Part shown: in pieces, positions 8,239 through 17,485 of the stretch | How positions within the stretch are numbered: position 1 is the first letter of the stretch | Layout: every line of letters begins with the position of its first letter | Source: an uncultured virus (IMG/VR IMGVR_UViG_3300044535_000365) | Taxonomy: Duplodnaviria > Heunggongvirae > Uroviricota > Caudoviricetes | IMG/VR virus record: IMGVR_UViG_3300044535_000365 | Strand: one strand, 5' to 3' | DNA length: 64,000 bases | Translations under genes and position numbers: made by a program | The notes under the pieces: model-generated | Told to the model about the DNA's origin: nothing | Database searches by the model: none | The model's input: the letters and a program-made list of their open reading frames with translations, nothing else

Positions 8239-9254
8239 AGATTTTTGTATAACTCTAATAGGGTCTTTGTATCATAAAAATCACTTTCAATGTTAGTGAT
8301 TTCTTGTAAAATAATTTGATCCACTGACTCAAATTTTAGTTCAGTTTGCGCATTGTCTTGTGAAACACTGTCACCCTTCATTGGGATCAAAGTCATTTCT
8401 CTTAAATTATATTGAGGAATCAATGTTTCTCTGATAAAGTTAGCTTCTTCATATGAAATATCAATATCAAGATGTACTCTAACATGTGAGCGAGATAATA
8501 GCAAACCATCAGGGTTATCTAAGATTTCACTTAGCTTATACACTCTAAATGTAGGTTGTTTAGGCCAAGCATGAAACTCAGGTTCTTGATCCCATTCTAG
8601 AATCATCATTCCCCTAGCATCATCACCAGCATCTGCATAGTTGTGAGGGAATGCATTTCCAATATACCAAATGTTTTTTCTAGCTTGTCGCTTGTGAAAA
8701 TGCCCTGAGAATACTTTTTCAAACCCACTTACATGAGTATCACTAACTTCTCCGTGATCTGGCATCAGCACGGCCGCATTCATAAAAAAGTTGGGTAGTT
8801 CAAAATGTCCAAACAAATACTTGCCCTTCATTTTAGAAAGCTTTTTAAAGTCATCTCCGATCAACCAAGGAGCAATAACAACATCTTCATGCTTGAACCA
8901 ATCGTTAACAATTATAATATTGGGTAGATGTTTAGCCCATTCTACTGAGCTAATATCTCTACGATCTCTGTAGTATAAATCGTGGTTGCCTGGAATAAAG
9001 TAGACTTTTTCAAACGCATCGTTCATTTTCTCTAATGCTTTTAAGCCAAACTGTAGCGTTTGAATGTTGATACTTGCTCTATGATGATTCCAATCACCCA
9101 AGAAAAAACAAGTTTCACAACCCTCTTGCTTAGCTTTTTGAATGAACCATTCAACAAAGTCTAAACAATCTTGATTGTGAATTGTGCTGTTGCTCTTATT
9201 TCCAAAGTGAATATCGGTAAAAACTGCTGCTTTTTTAAATAAATTATTAGTCAT
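8235..9254 (-). CDS. gp47: Mre11/SbcD-like nuclease (T4 gp47-like)
   Basis: DIHFG, LGD, GNHD, GH and SGHFH metallophosphoesterase motifs; coupled to the Rad50 gene. Confidence 0.95.
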   Translation of the reverse strand: MTNNLFKKAAVFTDIHFGNKSNSTIHNQDCLDFVEWFIQKAKQEGCETCFFLGDWNHHRASINIQTLQFGLKALEKMNDAFEKVYFIPGNHDLYYRDRRDISSVEWAKHLPNIIIVNDWFKHEDVVIAPWLIGDDFKKLSKMKGKYLFGHFELPNFFMNAAVLMPDHGEVSDTHVSGFEKVFSGHFHKRQARKNIWYIGNAFPHNYADAGDDARGMMILEWDQEPEFHAWPKQPTFRVYKLSEILDNPDGLLLSRSHVRVHLDIDISYEEANFIRETLIPQYNLREMTLIPMKGDSVSQDNAQTELKFESVDQIILQEITNIESDFYDTKTLLELYKNL

Positions 9255-9261
9255 AAACCGT

Positions 9262-9290
9262 AGTATAGTATGTTAATAGAAAGAGATCAA
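9262..9290 (-). promoter_or_regulatory. Sigma70-type promoter TTGATC-17-TATACT, probably leaderless
   Basis: -35 at 9285-9290, -10 at 9262-9267, ATG 7 nt downstream, no Shine-Dalgarno sequence. Confidence 0.6.
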
Positions 9291-9304
9291 CTAGAAAGGT
9301 AATA

Positions 9305-10210
9305 TTACCCTTGATAATCTTTATCAGAGTTTTCACCCTGTCTAGTCCAACTTGGGGCTAACCCATTAGCTTCTAATATATCATCTCTAATGTGTTGTAC
9401 TCGTTTTTCGGTATTTAAAACTCTACAAAAAGAATTGGTAATAGCAGCAGTGTAATAAGCAAATGGATTAGCTGATTTCGCTTCATTGAATCTTAAGCCA
9501 ACATAAGTTAGTTGTAAAATGGCTGCACCACGCATTTCATCATTATAAGTATATCCGCGCCAGTTAAACTTCATAGCATACTTTTCGCAAAGCATAATAT
9601 ACATTCTAGCTAACTTGTCAGTAATCTTTCCGTGCTCTTTGGAAAACTCTCCGGTTTGTAAGTCACCTTTCCAATGCGACTTGCCCACGCATATAAAGCT
9701 GTTGTTTTCATCTAATTTAAAATGCTGAAATGGGGGAAAGTTTACCTTTACATGTACCATATCGTCTACTTCAACTTTTGTTACCGGATCTTCTAAGTCA
9801 GCAAAAGCGTCTAAACCTTCATGATCGTCAAACAAAATTAAGTCTTTGGCTGATTTTTTTACTACTGTTTTTCTAGGTTGTTTAACTGCAACAGGAATAT
9901 GATCCCAAGTCATAACTCTAAATACGAGATCAGTTTGTTGTATACTTTCAGGAAGAATCTTTTCACCTAGCTCATGTGATAGTCTTGCTGCTCTAACTTC
10001 TTTTGCTTGTTGAATTTGTTCAGGTAAATAAGCATGATCTAAACTTTGTTCTATGCTTTCTGTGGGTTTGTCAATAATCAAATCATATCTATGATAGTCT
10101 TTGTTTGTAAATGCGCAATATGATGTTTTGCTTTCGTGTATTTGTTTTAAAATATCTTTGTTATTTAAATAATTAACTTTCTTTGGTGTAGCTGTTATAG
10201 TTGTAATCAT
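9305..10210 (-). CDS. gp55: Late-transcription sigma factor (T4 gp55-like)
   Basis: N-terminal NYLNNKD, NWRGYTYNDEM and KSANPFAYYT motifs of the gp55 family; located next to gp47/gp46. Confidence 0.85.
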   Translation of the reverse strand: MITTITATPKKVNYLNNKDILKQIHESKTSYCAFTNKDYHRYDLIIDKPTESIEQSLDHAYLPEQIQQAKEVRAARLSHELGEKILPESIQQTDLVFRVMTWDHIPVAVKQPRKTVVKKSAKDLILFDDHEGLDAFADLEDPVTKVEVDDMVHVKVNFPPFQHFKLDENNSFICVGKSHWKGDLQTGEFSKEHGKITDKLARMYIMLCEKYAMKFNWRGYTYNDEMRGAAILQLTYVGLRFNEAKSANPFAYYTAAITNSFCRVLNTEKRVQHIRDDILEANGLAPSWTRQGENSDKDYQG

Positions 10211-10238
10211 AATACCTCTTAGTAATTGTAGAAGTTAA

Positions 10239-10267
10239 ACTATATACAAATCATGCACTTATATCAA
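10239..10267 (-). promoter_or_regulatory. Sigma70-type promoter TTGATA-17-TATAGT for the late sigma gene
   Basis: -35 at 10262-10267, -10 at 10239-10244; AAGAGGT RBS before the ATG. Confidence 0.55.
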
Positions 10268-10298
10268 GTACAAAGGGAAAATTTGGCGATTTTTTGAA

Positions 10299-10307
10299 TG
10301 ATAAATA
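10299..10307 (+). promoter_or_regulatory. Late promoter-like motif TGATAAATA heading the baseplate operon
   Basis: The same 9-mer occurs at 17452, 39680 and 62857. Confidence 0.6.
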
Positions 10308-10340
10308 CAATGAGATACTATTTATCATAGGAATTAATCA

Positions 10341-11234
10341 ATGGCAATAAGTCCGTTTACACAAAGTCTAATAAGAAAAGGTCTTGGCAAGCTTGCCGGC
10401 TTGCCTGGGGATATAACTCGCACACAAGAATCTGCAACTAACAATCAATTTGAACAGGCGCAGAATGACTGGAGAGTGCGACTAAGCCTAGCGCCGGATG
10501 CAACATATTTATATAAAGCATCAAAGCCAGGTATACTTAAACCCCTTAACGGCACTAAAGGTGTGATATTCCCTTACACACCACAAATTCAGGTAAGTTA
10601 TGCTGCAAACTATGAACCTACAGAACCTGTTCATTCTAATTATAAAATTTATCAGTACAGAAACAGTAGTGTAGATCAAATTTCAATAACTGCTACCTTT
10701 ACAGCGCAAGATACTGAAGAAGCCAACTATATGTTAGCAGTTATACACTTTTTTAAATCAGTTACTAAAATGTTTTATGGTCGAGATCAAATGCCAGTGA
10801 ACGGTACTCCTCCCCCGTTGTGTTTTCTATCAGGGTTAGGCACTTATCAGTTCAATAATCATCCTATAGTAATTACTAGTTTTAACTATAGTCTACCTGA
10901 TAAAGTAGATTATATAAGGGCGCAACTTGAGTCTCCGTCCCCGGTTCCAAATAACGAGCCACCAACCGGTGCTCAAGAAGGAACACAAGCAAAAGAGCCC
11001 ACAATAATACAGCGAATAGCCAGACTAGGGTTAACTTTATTGCCCGGCGGAGAAGCACCACCTACAGTATTCTCTCCGCCGAGACCGGGTAAATTTACTG
11101 ACGCAACATATGTTCCTACACAGATACAAATACAGTTAACAGCATATCCAGTTGTTTCTAGAAATGACATCAGAGACAAATTTAGTTTAGAACAATATGC
11201 TAACGGTAGTTTAACTACAAAAGGTATATGGTAA
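10341..11234 (+). CDS. Baseplate / tail-tube-initiator-like structural protein
   Basis: GVIFPYTPQI...HSNY...ISITATFTAQ...GTPPPLC pattern; first gene of the baseplate module. Confidence 0.55.
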   Translation: MAISPFTQSLIRKGLGKLAGLPGDITRTQESATNNQFEQAQNDWRVRLSLAPDATYLYKASKPGILKPLNGTKGVIFPYTPQIQVSYAANYEPTEPVHSNYKIYQYRNSSVDQISITATFTAQDTEEANYMLAVIHFFKSVTKMFYGRDQMPVNGTPPPLCFLSGLGTYQFNNHPIVITSFNYSLPDKVDYIRAQLESPSPVPNNEPPTGAQEGTQAKEPTIIQRIARLGLTLLPGGEAPPTVFSPPRPGKFTDATYVPTQIQIQLTAYPVVSRNDIRDKFSLEQYANGSLTTKGIW

Positions 11235-11545
11235 TGTCAAATAGTATATATCCTGCAACAAGTCCTTATTATCTGACAGATATTAATGATGATAAGTATC
11301 TAGATACATTGAGGTACAGACCTATACCTAAGTTAGCTTCTGATGTATTATATATTATACCTCAAGTTTATGAATTTAGGCCTGATATGCTAGCCTATGA
11401 CTTATATAGTGATTCTAGATTATGGTGGGTATTTGCTGAACGCAATCCCAACAAACTAGGTTACGATCCATATTTTGACTTTGTTGCAGGTATATCAATT
11501 TATATACCTAAAATGAGCACATTAAAACAGGTGTTAGGCATTTAA
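11234..11545 (+). CDS. gp53: Baseplate wedge protein, LysM-like (T4 gp53-like)
   Basis: RPDMLAYDLYSDSRLWWVF motif; TAATG overlap with the upstream stop (alternative start 11228). Confidence 0.75.
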   Translation: MSNSIYPATSPYYLTDINDDKYLDTLRYRPIPKLASDVLYIIPQVYEFRPDMLAYDLYSDSRLWWVFAERNPNKLGYDPYFDFVAGISIYIPKMSTLKQVLGI

Positions 11546-11546
11546 G

Positions 11547-13667
11547 ATGACAAATACAGTAAATGATGATTCATCTGATGAATTTAGATTTTATAATGTT
11601 ACACCTCCTAATATTGAAAATAAACCAGGTAGAAGAACTAAAAATCCTTTAGGTTATTATTCTAGTTATAATTATCAAATTGGCTTATACTTAGTAACAC
11701 CAACCGGAATGGATTTGTTTAGGTCAACTAATGCAAAAGACGGTACTATTTTGAATGACACTAATACCGCTTACTTAGTAGCACAAAACGGCGGCATAAA
11801 CAATACTACTTCTAATACAGCACCGGGATTTGAACTAGATTATTATATAGATGACTTAGTAATAAAAAATAAAACCGGTGCAACAAATCATACATTTACT
11901 AATGTAACTAATATTTCATTTAAGATTATAGAACCATATGGATTTTCTTTTATAAGCAATTTAAAAAAAGCTAGAGATAGTTTTGCTGTTGCTACTTCAT
12001 TTCCTAATAATCCCACACGAATGCCTTTTGTGTTAAGTGTTGGGTTTTTAGGGTATGATAAGAATGGAAACTTAATGTCGGGTAATCAACAATATGATGA
12101 TGTATCGCTAGATTTTAATAATGATAGTAACAGACTTTTTAATAGGTATTACTTTTTAACTATTACAAACATAAAATTTAAAATTGACGGAAAAGCAACT
12201 GTTTATGATATTATAGCAAGCCCTATAGATCAAAACACCGGATTCGGCACAAAAAAAGGATTTATAAATAATGCTGTTTCTATTTCTGCAAGTACAGTAG
12301 GGGAATCGTTACAACAACTAATAGACGGTCTTAATAATGAGCAACTTAGATTAGAATATAATAATGACATAAAGCCAACTCTTTATAGGCTAGAATACCA
12401 TGGATTTCCGGATTCACCAAATTCAACAGATAATCCTATAGCAAAAGCATCTATAGTTAATGATAGTGATATAGAGAAACTTAGAACATCAGGTAGTGGT
12501 GCTCTGACTGTCAATCAGGTAAATGAACGCCAGGGAGCAGCATATGATCCTACTAAAAAAGAGTTTACTTTTGAAAAAATTTCTATAATGCAAGGAATAA
12601 GTCAAATAATAAAACAAAGCAGTTATCTGACAGATGCGTTAAGACAAATACAAACTACCGATCTTGAACCTGATCCAACTAAACGCGACAGAAGGATTAT
12701 ATCAAATTCTAGTAAAAGCTTTTCTTGGTATACATTAAGCGCCCGTGTTTCTGGTGGTATATGGGATCCTAAAATAAAAGACTATGCTTATATCATAACA
12801 TACGTACTACAAAAGTATGATACCCCTGTTATTATTAATCCGTTAGCTAATCCTGGCATAGGATATTATGGACCTAGTAAACGATACGAATACTGGTATA
12901 CTGGTCAAAATTCTGAAGTGCTTGAATACGAACAGCGATTGGATAACAATTATTTTATGATAATATTTAATCCAAATAATCTTCCGGATATAAATGAAAA
13001 TTCAGGTCCAGGTATAGCACCAGAAACTCCTCGTATTCTTGGTACTCAATCGGTTAATGGAGATAACACCGGGGCCCCTACAGATACGAACCTTGCTGCT
13101 GAAAACAGTGTATTAACTGATTTATCTGATCCTAAAAGTTTTGCTGAGGCAAAGATAACAATATTAGGCGACCCGGACTTTTTAATGGAAGACACAATAG
13201 ATAGCCCTAATCAAGTTTACAATCAATTTTATGGAGCAAACAACTTTACTATTAGTGCTAACGGCGGACAAGTTTTTATAGAATTAGATTTTAGAGAAGC
13301 AAAAGATTATAATTACAATACAGGCACTCTTTCTATTAATGATCAAATTAGATTTTGGAACTATCCGGAAACAGCTAATATTAAAGGAATAAGTTATCAA
13401 GTAGTAAACGTAGACAGTACTTTTTCAGGAGGAGTATTCAAACAAGTGTTAACATGTAAAATGACTTACCAGTTTACTGACTCTACTATAGGTCCTAAAA
13501 CTACCGGAACAGGTCCCACTACAACAAACAGTAATGTAACTACGTCCAATACTGGATTTATTAAGAACTTAGTAACTAATATAGTACCACAAATTAATCC
13601 AGTTCCTGCTGAATCTACTATACAAATACCGTTTAGACTCGGTACAACATCAACAACAGATGATTAA
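11547..13667 (+). CDS. Baseplate hub-like protein (gp27-like position)
   Basis: 706 aa between the gp53-like and gp5-like genes; FKIIEPYG and ITILGDP motifs. Confidence 0.55.
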   Translation: MTNTVNDDSSDEFRFYNVTPPNIENKPGRRTKNPLGYYSSYNYQIGLYLVTPTGMDLFRSTNAKDGTILNDTNTAYLVAQNGGINNTTSNTAPGFELDYYIDDLVIKNKTGATNHTFTNVTNISFKIIEPYGFSFISNLKKARDSFAVATSFPNNPTRMPFVLSVGFLGYDKNGNLMSGNQQYDDVSLDFNNDSNRLFNRYYFLTITNIKFKIDGKATVYDIIASPIDQNTGFGTKKGFINNAVSISASTVGESLQQLIDGLNNEQLRLEYNNDIKPTLYRLEYHGFPDSPNSTDNPIAKASIVNDSDIEKLRTSGSGALTVNQVNERQGAAYDPTKKEFTFEKISIMQGISQIIKQSSYLTDALRQIQTTDLEPDPTKRDRRIISNSSKSFSWYTLSARVSGGIWDPKIKDYAYIITYVLQKYDTPVIINPLANPGIGYYGPSKRYEYWYTGQNSEVLEYEQRLDNNYFMIIFNPNNLPDINENSGPGIAPETPRILGTQSVNGDNTGAPTDTNLAAENSVLTDLSDPKSFAEAKITILGDPDFLMEDTIDSPNQVYNQFYGANNFTISANGGQVFIELDFREAKDYNYNTGTLSINDQIRFWNYPETANIKGISYQVVNVDSTFSGGVFKQVLTCKMTYQFTDSTIGPKTTGTGPTTTNSNVTTSNTGFIKNLVTNIVPQINPVPAESTIQIPFRLGTTSTTDD

Positions 13668-13678
13668 AGGTTAAAAAA

Positions 13679-16600
13679 ATGGCTGAAAACGTATTCAAAC
13701 CTAGAGGAACATTGAACGCATATAAACCTGACTCAGGTGGAGCATTTATCAGGTCTTCTCCTGTGTTTGGTATAGTAAAAGATAATATTGACCCTGTCAG
13801 GGCAGGTAGGCTTAAAGTTTACATATCCGGTTTAAACAGTTTAGATCCAGAGAATTCTTCTGGTTGGGTAACTGTGAGATATATGACTAACTTTTTTGGA
13901 AGTGTTAGACCAACTTCAAGTAGTGAGGGTTCTGGAGATTTTAAACACAATCCATCGTCATATGGTGAGTGGCACGCCCCTCCCGATATAGGAACTACTG
14001 TAATTTGTGTTTTTGTTAACGGGGATGTAAACTATGGTTTTTACATAGGGTGCGTACCGGACCCAGAAACTTTACATATGGTTCCTGCTATTGGTGCAAC
14101 TTTTACCGATCAACAAGAAAATGTATCATTCAATAATGATAGCGAGGGTTCTACTTACGGAGGGGCGCCCAGACTACCTACTACAAATATGAATACAAAT
14201 AACCAAGCTGAATCTAACAAGCCGGGTTTTATAACTGCAACCAAACCAGTACATAGTTATACAGCGGCTATCATGGAACAGCAAGGTATAATAAGAGATC
14301 CAGTGAGAGGTCCGATATCATCAAGCGCACAACGAGAAACTTCTAGTAGAGTGGGATGGGGAGTAAGCACACCCGGTAGACCTATATATGAAGGAGGTTT
14401 TGATGATGAAACAATTGCTGAAAATATAAAAAATAACCCAACAAACATTGATCAAAAATTACGAGTGATATCTAGACGCGGCGGACATTCTATTGTAATG
14501 GATGACGGTGATGTTATAGGTAGAGATCAGTTAGTCCGAATAAGAACAGCAAAAGGTCATCAAATACTTATGAGTGATGACGGACAAACATTAATGGTTC
14601 TACACTCCAACGGACAATCGTATATAGAATTAGGTAAAGAAGGTACAGTAGACATTTACTCTACAAATTCCATTAACTTAAGAACTCACGGTGATCTAAA
14701 TTTACACGCTGACAATGACTTGAATATACACGCGGCTAAAAATTTAAATATTCATGCAGAAAACATGAATATAGCCACTGATAAATCATTAACACAATCT
14801 ATAGGTATGAACTTAATAACTTCTGCTTTAGGAATGGTTACAACTAAAGTTTTAGGAGCAATGAGTCTTCAAGCTACCGGTATAGCTTCATTCTCAAGTA
14901 CTGCATTAACTTTTATAAACGGAGGACTAATAAATTTAAACACAGGTAAATCTCCTATTATTCCTTTAGATGCAGCACCTACTCCTTTAATAGCGCACAC
15001 TGATACTCTTTTTGATAATCAAAAGGGATTTACCGCAGCGCCTGGTAAGTTGATGAGTGTAACATCTAGGGCACCTGCTCACGCGCCATGGGCTCATGCA
15101 GGTCAAGGAGTAGACATAAAGGTTGATCTAAGTTCTTCTTCACAACTACCTCAGGGTCCTAGTTCAGCTTTATCTAATGTAGTACAAGCAGGACTTAGAA
15201 CAGGTGCTGTGCCGGCAAGACTAGCAACTGCATTGTCCTCGCCTACTGCCGGAGCCATTAGCAAATCTTTAAACAGTTCAGCTACTACTGCACTAATAGG
15301 TGCTACTGCTCAGCAAGCAGCTTCAGGACCTCTATCTTCGGCTATACAACGAGGAGCATCCGTAGTAAATGTGGGTTCGTCAAGAATCGCTGCGATAGGA
15401 GCATTTGCACAAAGCCCGGCGCAACTAGCAAGTGCTGGTGTCTTGAAACCGGGATCAGATAGGCTAATTAATTCATTAGTAAGTTCAGGGGCTAATATTA
15501 CGCAGGCTATGCCAAGTACATTGTTTACTGGTAACTCTGGTGCAGAGAATTTAAGTACCTATACTAGACAAATACAATCTCAAACTAACACGGTTGTTAC
15601 AACACTGCGACAATCACAAACAGCGTTAACTAATACGGGTGTAATTACAGGAAGAGAAACATCAGGTCAAATAGCAGGAGTGGTTTTTTCAGGTGTTAAC
15701 TCTGGTTTAAGTAACACAGTAACTACAGTAAGAACTGTAGTTAATAAAAATACTACTGATTCTTCTGTACTAAGAGACATAGGTTTAGCTACCGCATCTG
15801 TGACAGAAGCAACAAACACAATAGAAGGCTTCGGCGGAATTTCACAAGCAGTAAATGCGATGTCTATATCACCAAGTATTAGTGGCCCGATAGCAAGTAA
15901 TACCGGTATTGTGGGCTCTACATTTTCTGCAATAAACTTGTCATTCCCTTCTTTCAGAGCTGGAGTAGCTACTAATTTAGGTACTTCGGTTAGTAGTCAG
16001 CAAATAGTTTCTGATTCACTTTCTAATGTAGTAGGGCAAGCTAGCGCAGATGTTATTAGTAAATTAAATCCCGTTAGTTCGTTAGGTGCTCAAGCATTAC
16101 AGGGATTCACTGGCACTTCACTCTTGGAATCTACTAATATAGCTAGCGGGATAATCAATATGCCCGGTGGATTGAAATCAATTGCATCTTTTACTGATAA
16201 AGCATTACCAAATTTAACTAGCATTCCCGGATCTGGTCAAATATCGTCATTAGTCACTGGATCTTTTAGCTCTGCAATGAATAATTTACCTCTTCCAAAA
16301 TTACCAGGTGACTTGAGCAGTTTAACTAGCGGATTATCAGGTGGACTAGGCGGTATAACCGGTAGCTTAACAGGCGGATTAGGAGGTATAACTAGTAGCT
16401 TAACAGGTGGACTAGGAGGTATAACTAGTAGCTTAACAGGTGGACTAGGAGGTATAACTAGTGGATTATCAGGTGGACTAGCAAAATCTCTTTCAGGATT
16501 GCCGATAGGATCTATTGCTGGTGCAATGTCTGCTATTTCTGCTGTAAAATCATTGTTTGGCGGCAAAGGAAAATCTAGAACATTATCAGTTGCAGTAAAC

Positions 16601-16957
16601 ACTACTAACAGAGAATCTATCAATCAGAAAACAGTTTCATTGTTAGGAGATCCAGGAATACCTAATCCAACTTTTACTGGAGAAGTTTCTAGACAGGCTG
16701 TACAAAGCTTAACTGATATAAGACGAGTGGACAGAGAAATAATTGATCTTAGAGAAAAGATACAGGGTGTAAATATACAAATATTAAGGGTAAAACAAAC
16801 AGAGGGTATAGCTGTATTAACAGAAGAGCAAAATTCTCCAGCCGGCGATCCCGAAGTTAAACGTAAAAAAGATGAAGTACAAGCAAAACTTGATGCACTA
16901 TTTGCTAAGAAAAGAGACTATCAAGCAAGAATAGACGCAATAAGTAACCAACAATAA
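13679..16957 (+). CDS. gp5: Central spike protein (gp5/VgrG-like) with a long Ser/Gly/Ala-rich C-terminal extension
   Basis: OB-fold GIVKDNIDPVRAGRLKVYI...PPDIGTTVICVF; GH..VMDD and beta-helix repeats (LNLHADNDLNIHAAKNLNIHAE); no lysozyme motif seen. Confidence 0.75.
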   Translation: MAENVFKPRGTLNAYKPDSGGAFIRSSPVFGIVKDNIDPVRAGRLKVYISGLNSLDPENSSGWVTVRYMTNFFGSVRPTSSSEGSGDFKHNPSSYGEWHAPPDIGTTVICVFVNGDVNYGFYIGCVPDPETLHMVPAIGATFTDQQENVSFNNDSEGSTYGGAPRLPTTNMNTNNQAESNKPGFITATKPVHSYTAAIMEQQGIIRDPVRGPISSSAQRETSSRVGWGVSTPGRPIYEGGFDDETIAENIKNNPTNIDQKLRVISRRGGHSIVMDDGDVIGRDQLVRIRTAKGHQILMSDDGQTLMVLHSNGQSYIELGKEGTVDIYSTNSINLRTHGDLNLHADNDLNIHAAKNLNIHAENMNIATDKSLTQSIGMNLITSALGMVTTKVLGAMSLQATGIASFSSTALTFINGGLINLNTGKSPIIPLDAAPTPLIAHTDTLFDNQKGFTAAPGKLMSVTSRAPAHAPWAHAGQGVDIKVDLSSSSQLPQGPSSALSNVVQAGLRTGAVPARLATALSSPTAGAISKSLNSSATTALIGATAQQAASGPLSSAIQRGASVVNVGSSRIAAIGAFAQSPAQLASAGVLKPGSDRLINSLVSSGANITQAMPSTLFTGNSGAENLSTYTRQIQSQTNTVVTTLRQSQTALTNTGVITGRETSGQIAGVVFSGVNSGLSNTVTTVRTVVNKNTTDSSVLRDIGLATASVTEATNTIEGFGGISQAVNAMSISPSISGPIASNTGIVGSTFSAINLSFPSFRAGVATNLGTSVSSQQIVSDSLSNVVGQASADVISKLNPVSSLGAQALQGFTGTSLLESTNIASGIINMPGGLKSIASFTDKALPNLTSIPGSGQISSLVTGSFSSAMNNLPLPKLPGDLSSLTSGLSGGLGGITGSLTGGLGGITSSLTGGLGGITSSLTGGLGGITSGLSGGLAKSLSGLPIGSIAGAMSAISAVKSLFGGKGKSRTLSVAVNTTNRESINQKTVSLLGDPGIPNPTFTGEVSRQAVQSLTDIRRVDREIIDLREKIQGVNIQILRVKQTEGIAVLTEEQNSPAGDPEVKRKKDEVQAKLDALFAKKRDYQARIDAISNQQ
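16325..16481 (+). repeat. 33-bp tandem repeat (about 4.7 copies) encoding TSSLTGGLGGI
   Basis: Units at 16325, 16358, 16391, 16424 and 16457; in frame within the spike gene. Confidence 0.9.
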
Positions 16958-16972
16958 AAGAATAAATACATC

Positions 16973-17422
16973 ATGCCAACATACATCGGATTCAGTACAA
17001 TAAATGCAGACAAACCAAAAACTACTAACGCTAGGCCCGGTAGTGATGCCGGCACCGGCGGTATAACTGATCCTATCGTATTTGGTAAAAAGTTTAGAAT
17101 GGTGGATAGTCAACTAGTTATTCAAGACTTTATAAATGCACTTAATATACCCTTAGGACAAAAAGTAGGACAACCAGGATATGGAACTACTCTTTGGAGT
17201 TTTGTATTTGAGCCTAATAATTTTGATACGCAGCAGCAGTTAGAAACTGAAGTCAGAAGAGTTGCTAGTTTAGATCCAAGACTTCAACTTAACTATGTAA
17301 ATATTTATCCTCGTGACAACGGTATACTAATAGAAGTAGAAATGGCAGTAACTCCATTCAATCAAGCATTAGTTTTAAATGTATTTTTTAATCAAGATAC
17401 TAGTGTAGCCTCTAGAATTTAA
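16973..17422 (+). CDS. gp25: Baseplate wedge protein (T4 gp25-like)
   Basis: GQKVGQPGYGTTLWSFVFEP...DPR pattern; ATAAATA ends 4 nt before the ATG. Confidence 0.85.
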   Translation: MPTYIGFSTINADKPKTTNARPGSDAGTGGITDPIVFGKKFRMVDSQLVIQDFINALNIPLGQKVGQPGYGTTLWSFVFEPNNFDTQQQLETEVRRVASLDPRLQLNYVNIYPRDNGILIEVEMAVTPFNQALVLNVFFNQDTSVASRI

Positions 17423-17451
17423 TAAATCATAAAACTCTCGGTTTTTCAAAA

Positions 17452-17460
17452 TGATAAATA
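17452..17460 (+). promoter_or_regulatory. Late promoter-like motif TGATAAATA
   Basis: Intergenic, upstream of the gp6-like gene. Confidence 0.6.
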
Positions 17461-17485
17461 TAGTATATATTAACCGAGACTTATT

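Noticed and set aside
16325..16481. 33-bp repeats as a mini-CRISPR
   Set aside because: Head-to-tail without spacers, a multiple of 3, and inside a coding frame.
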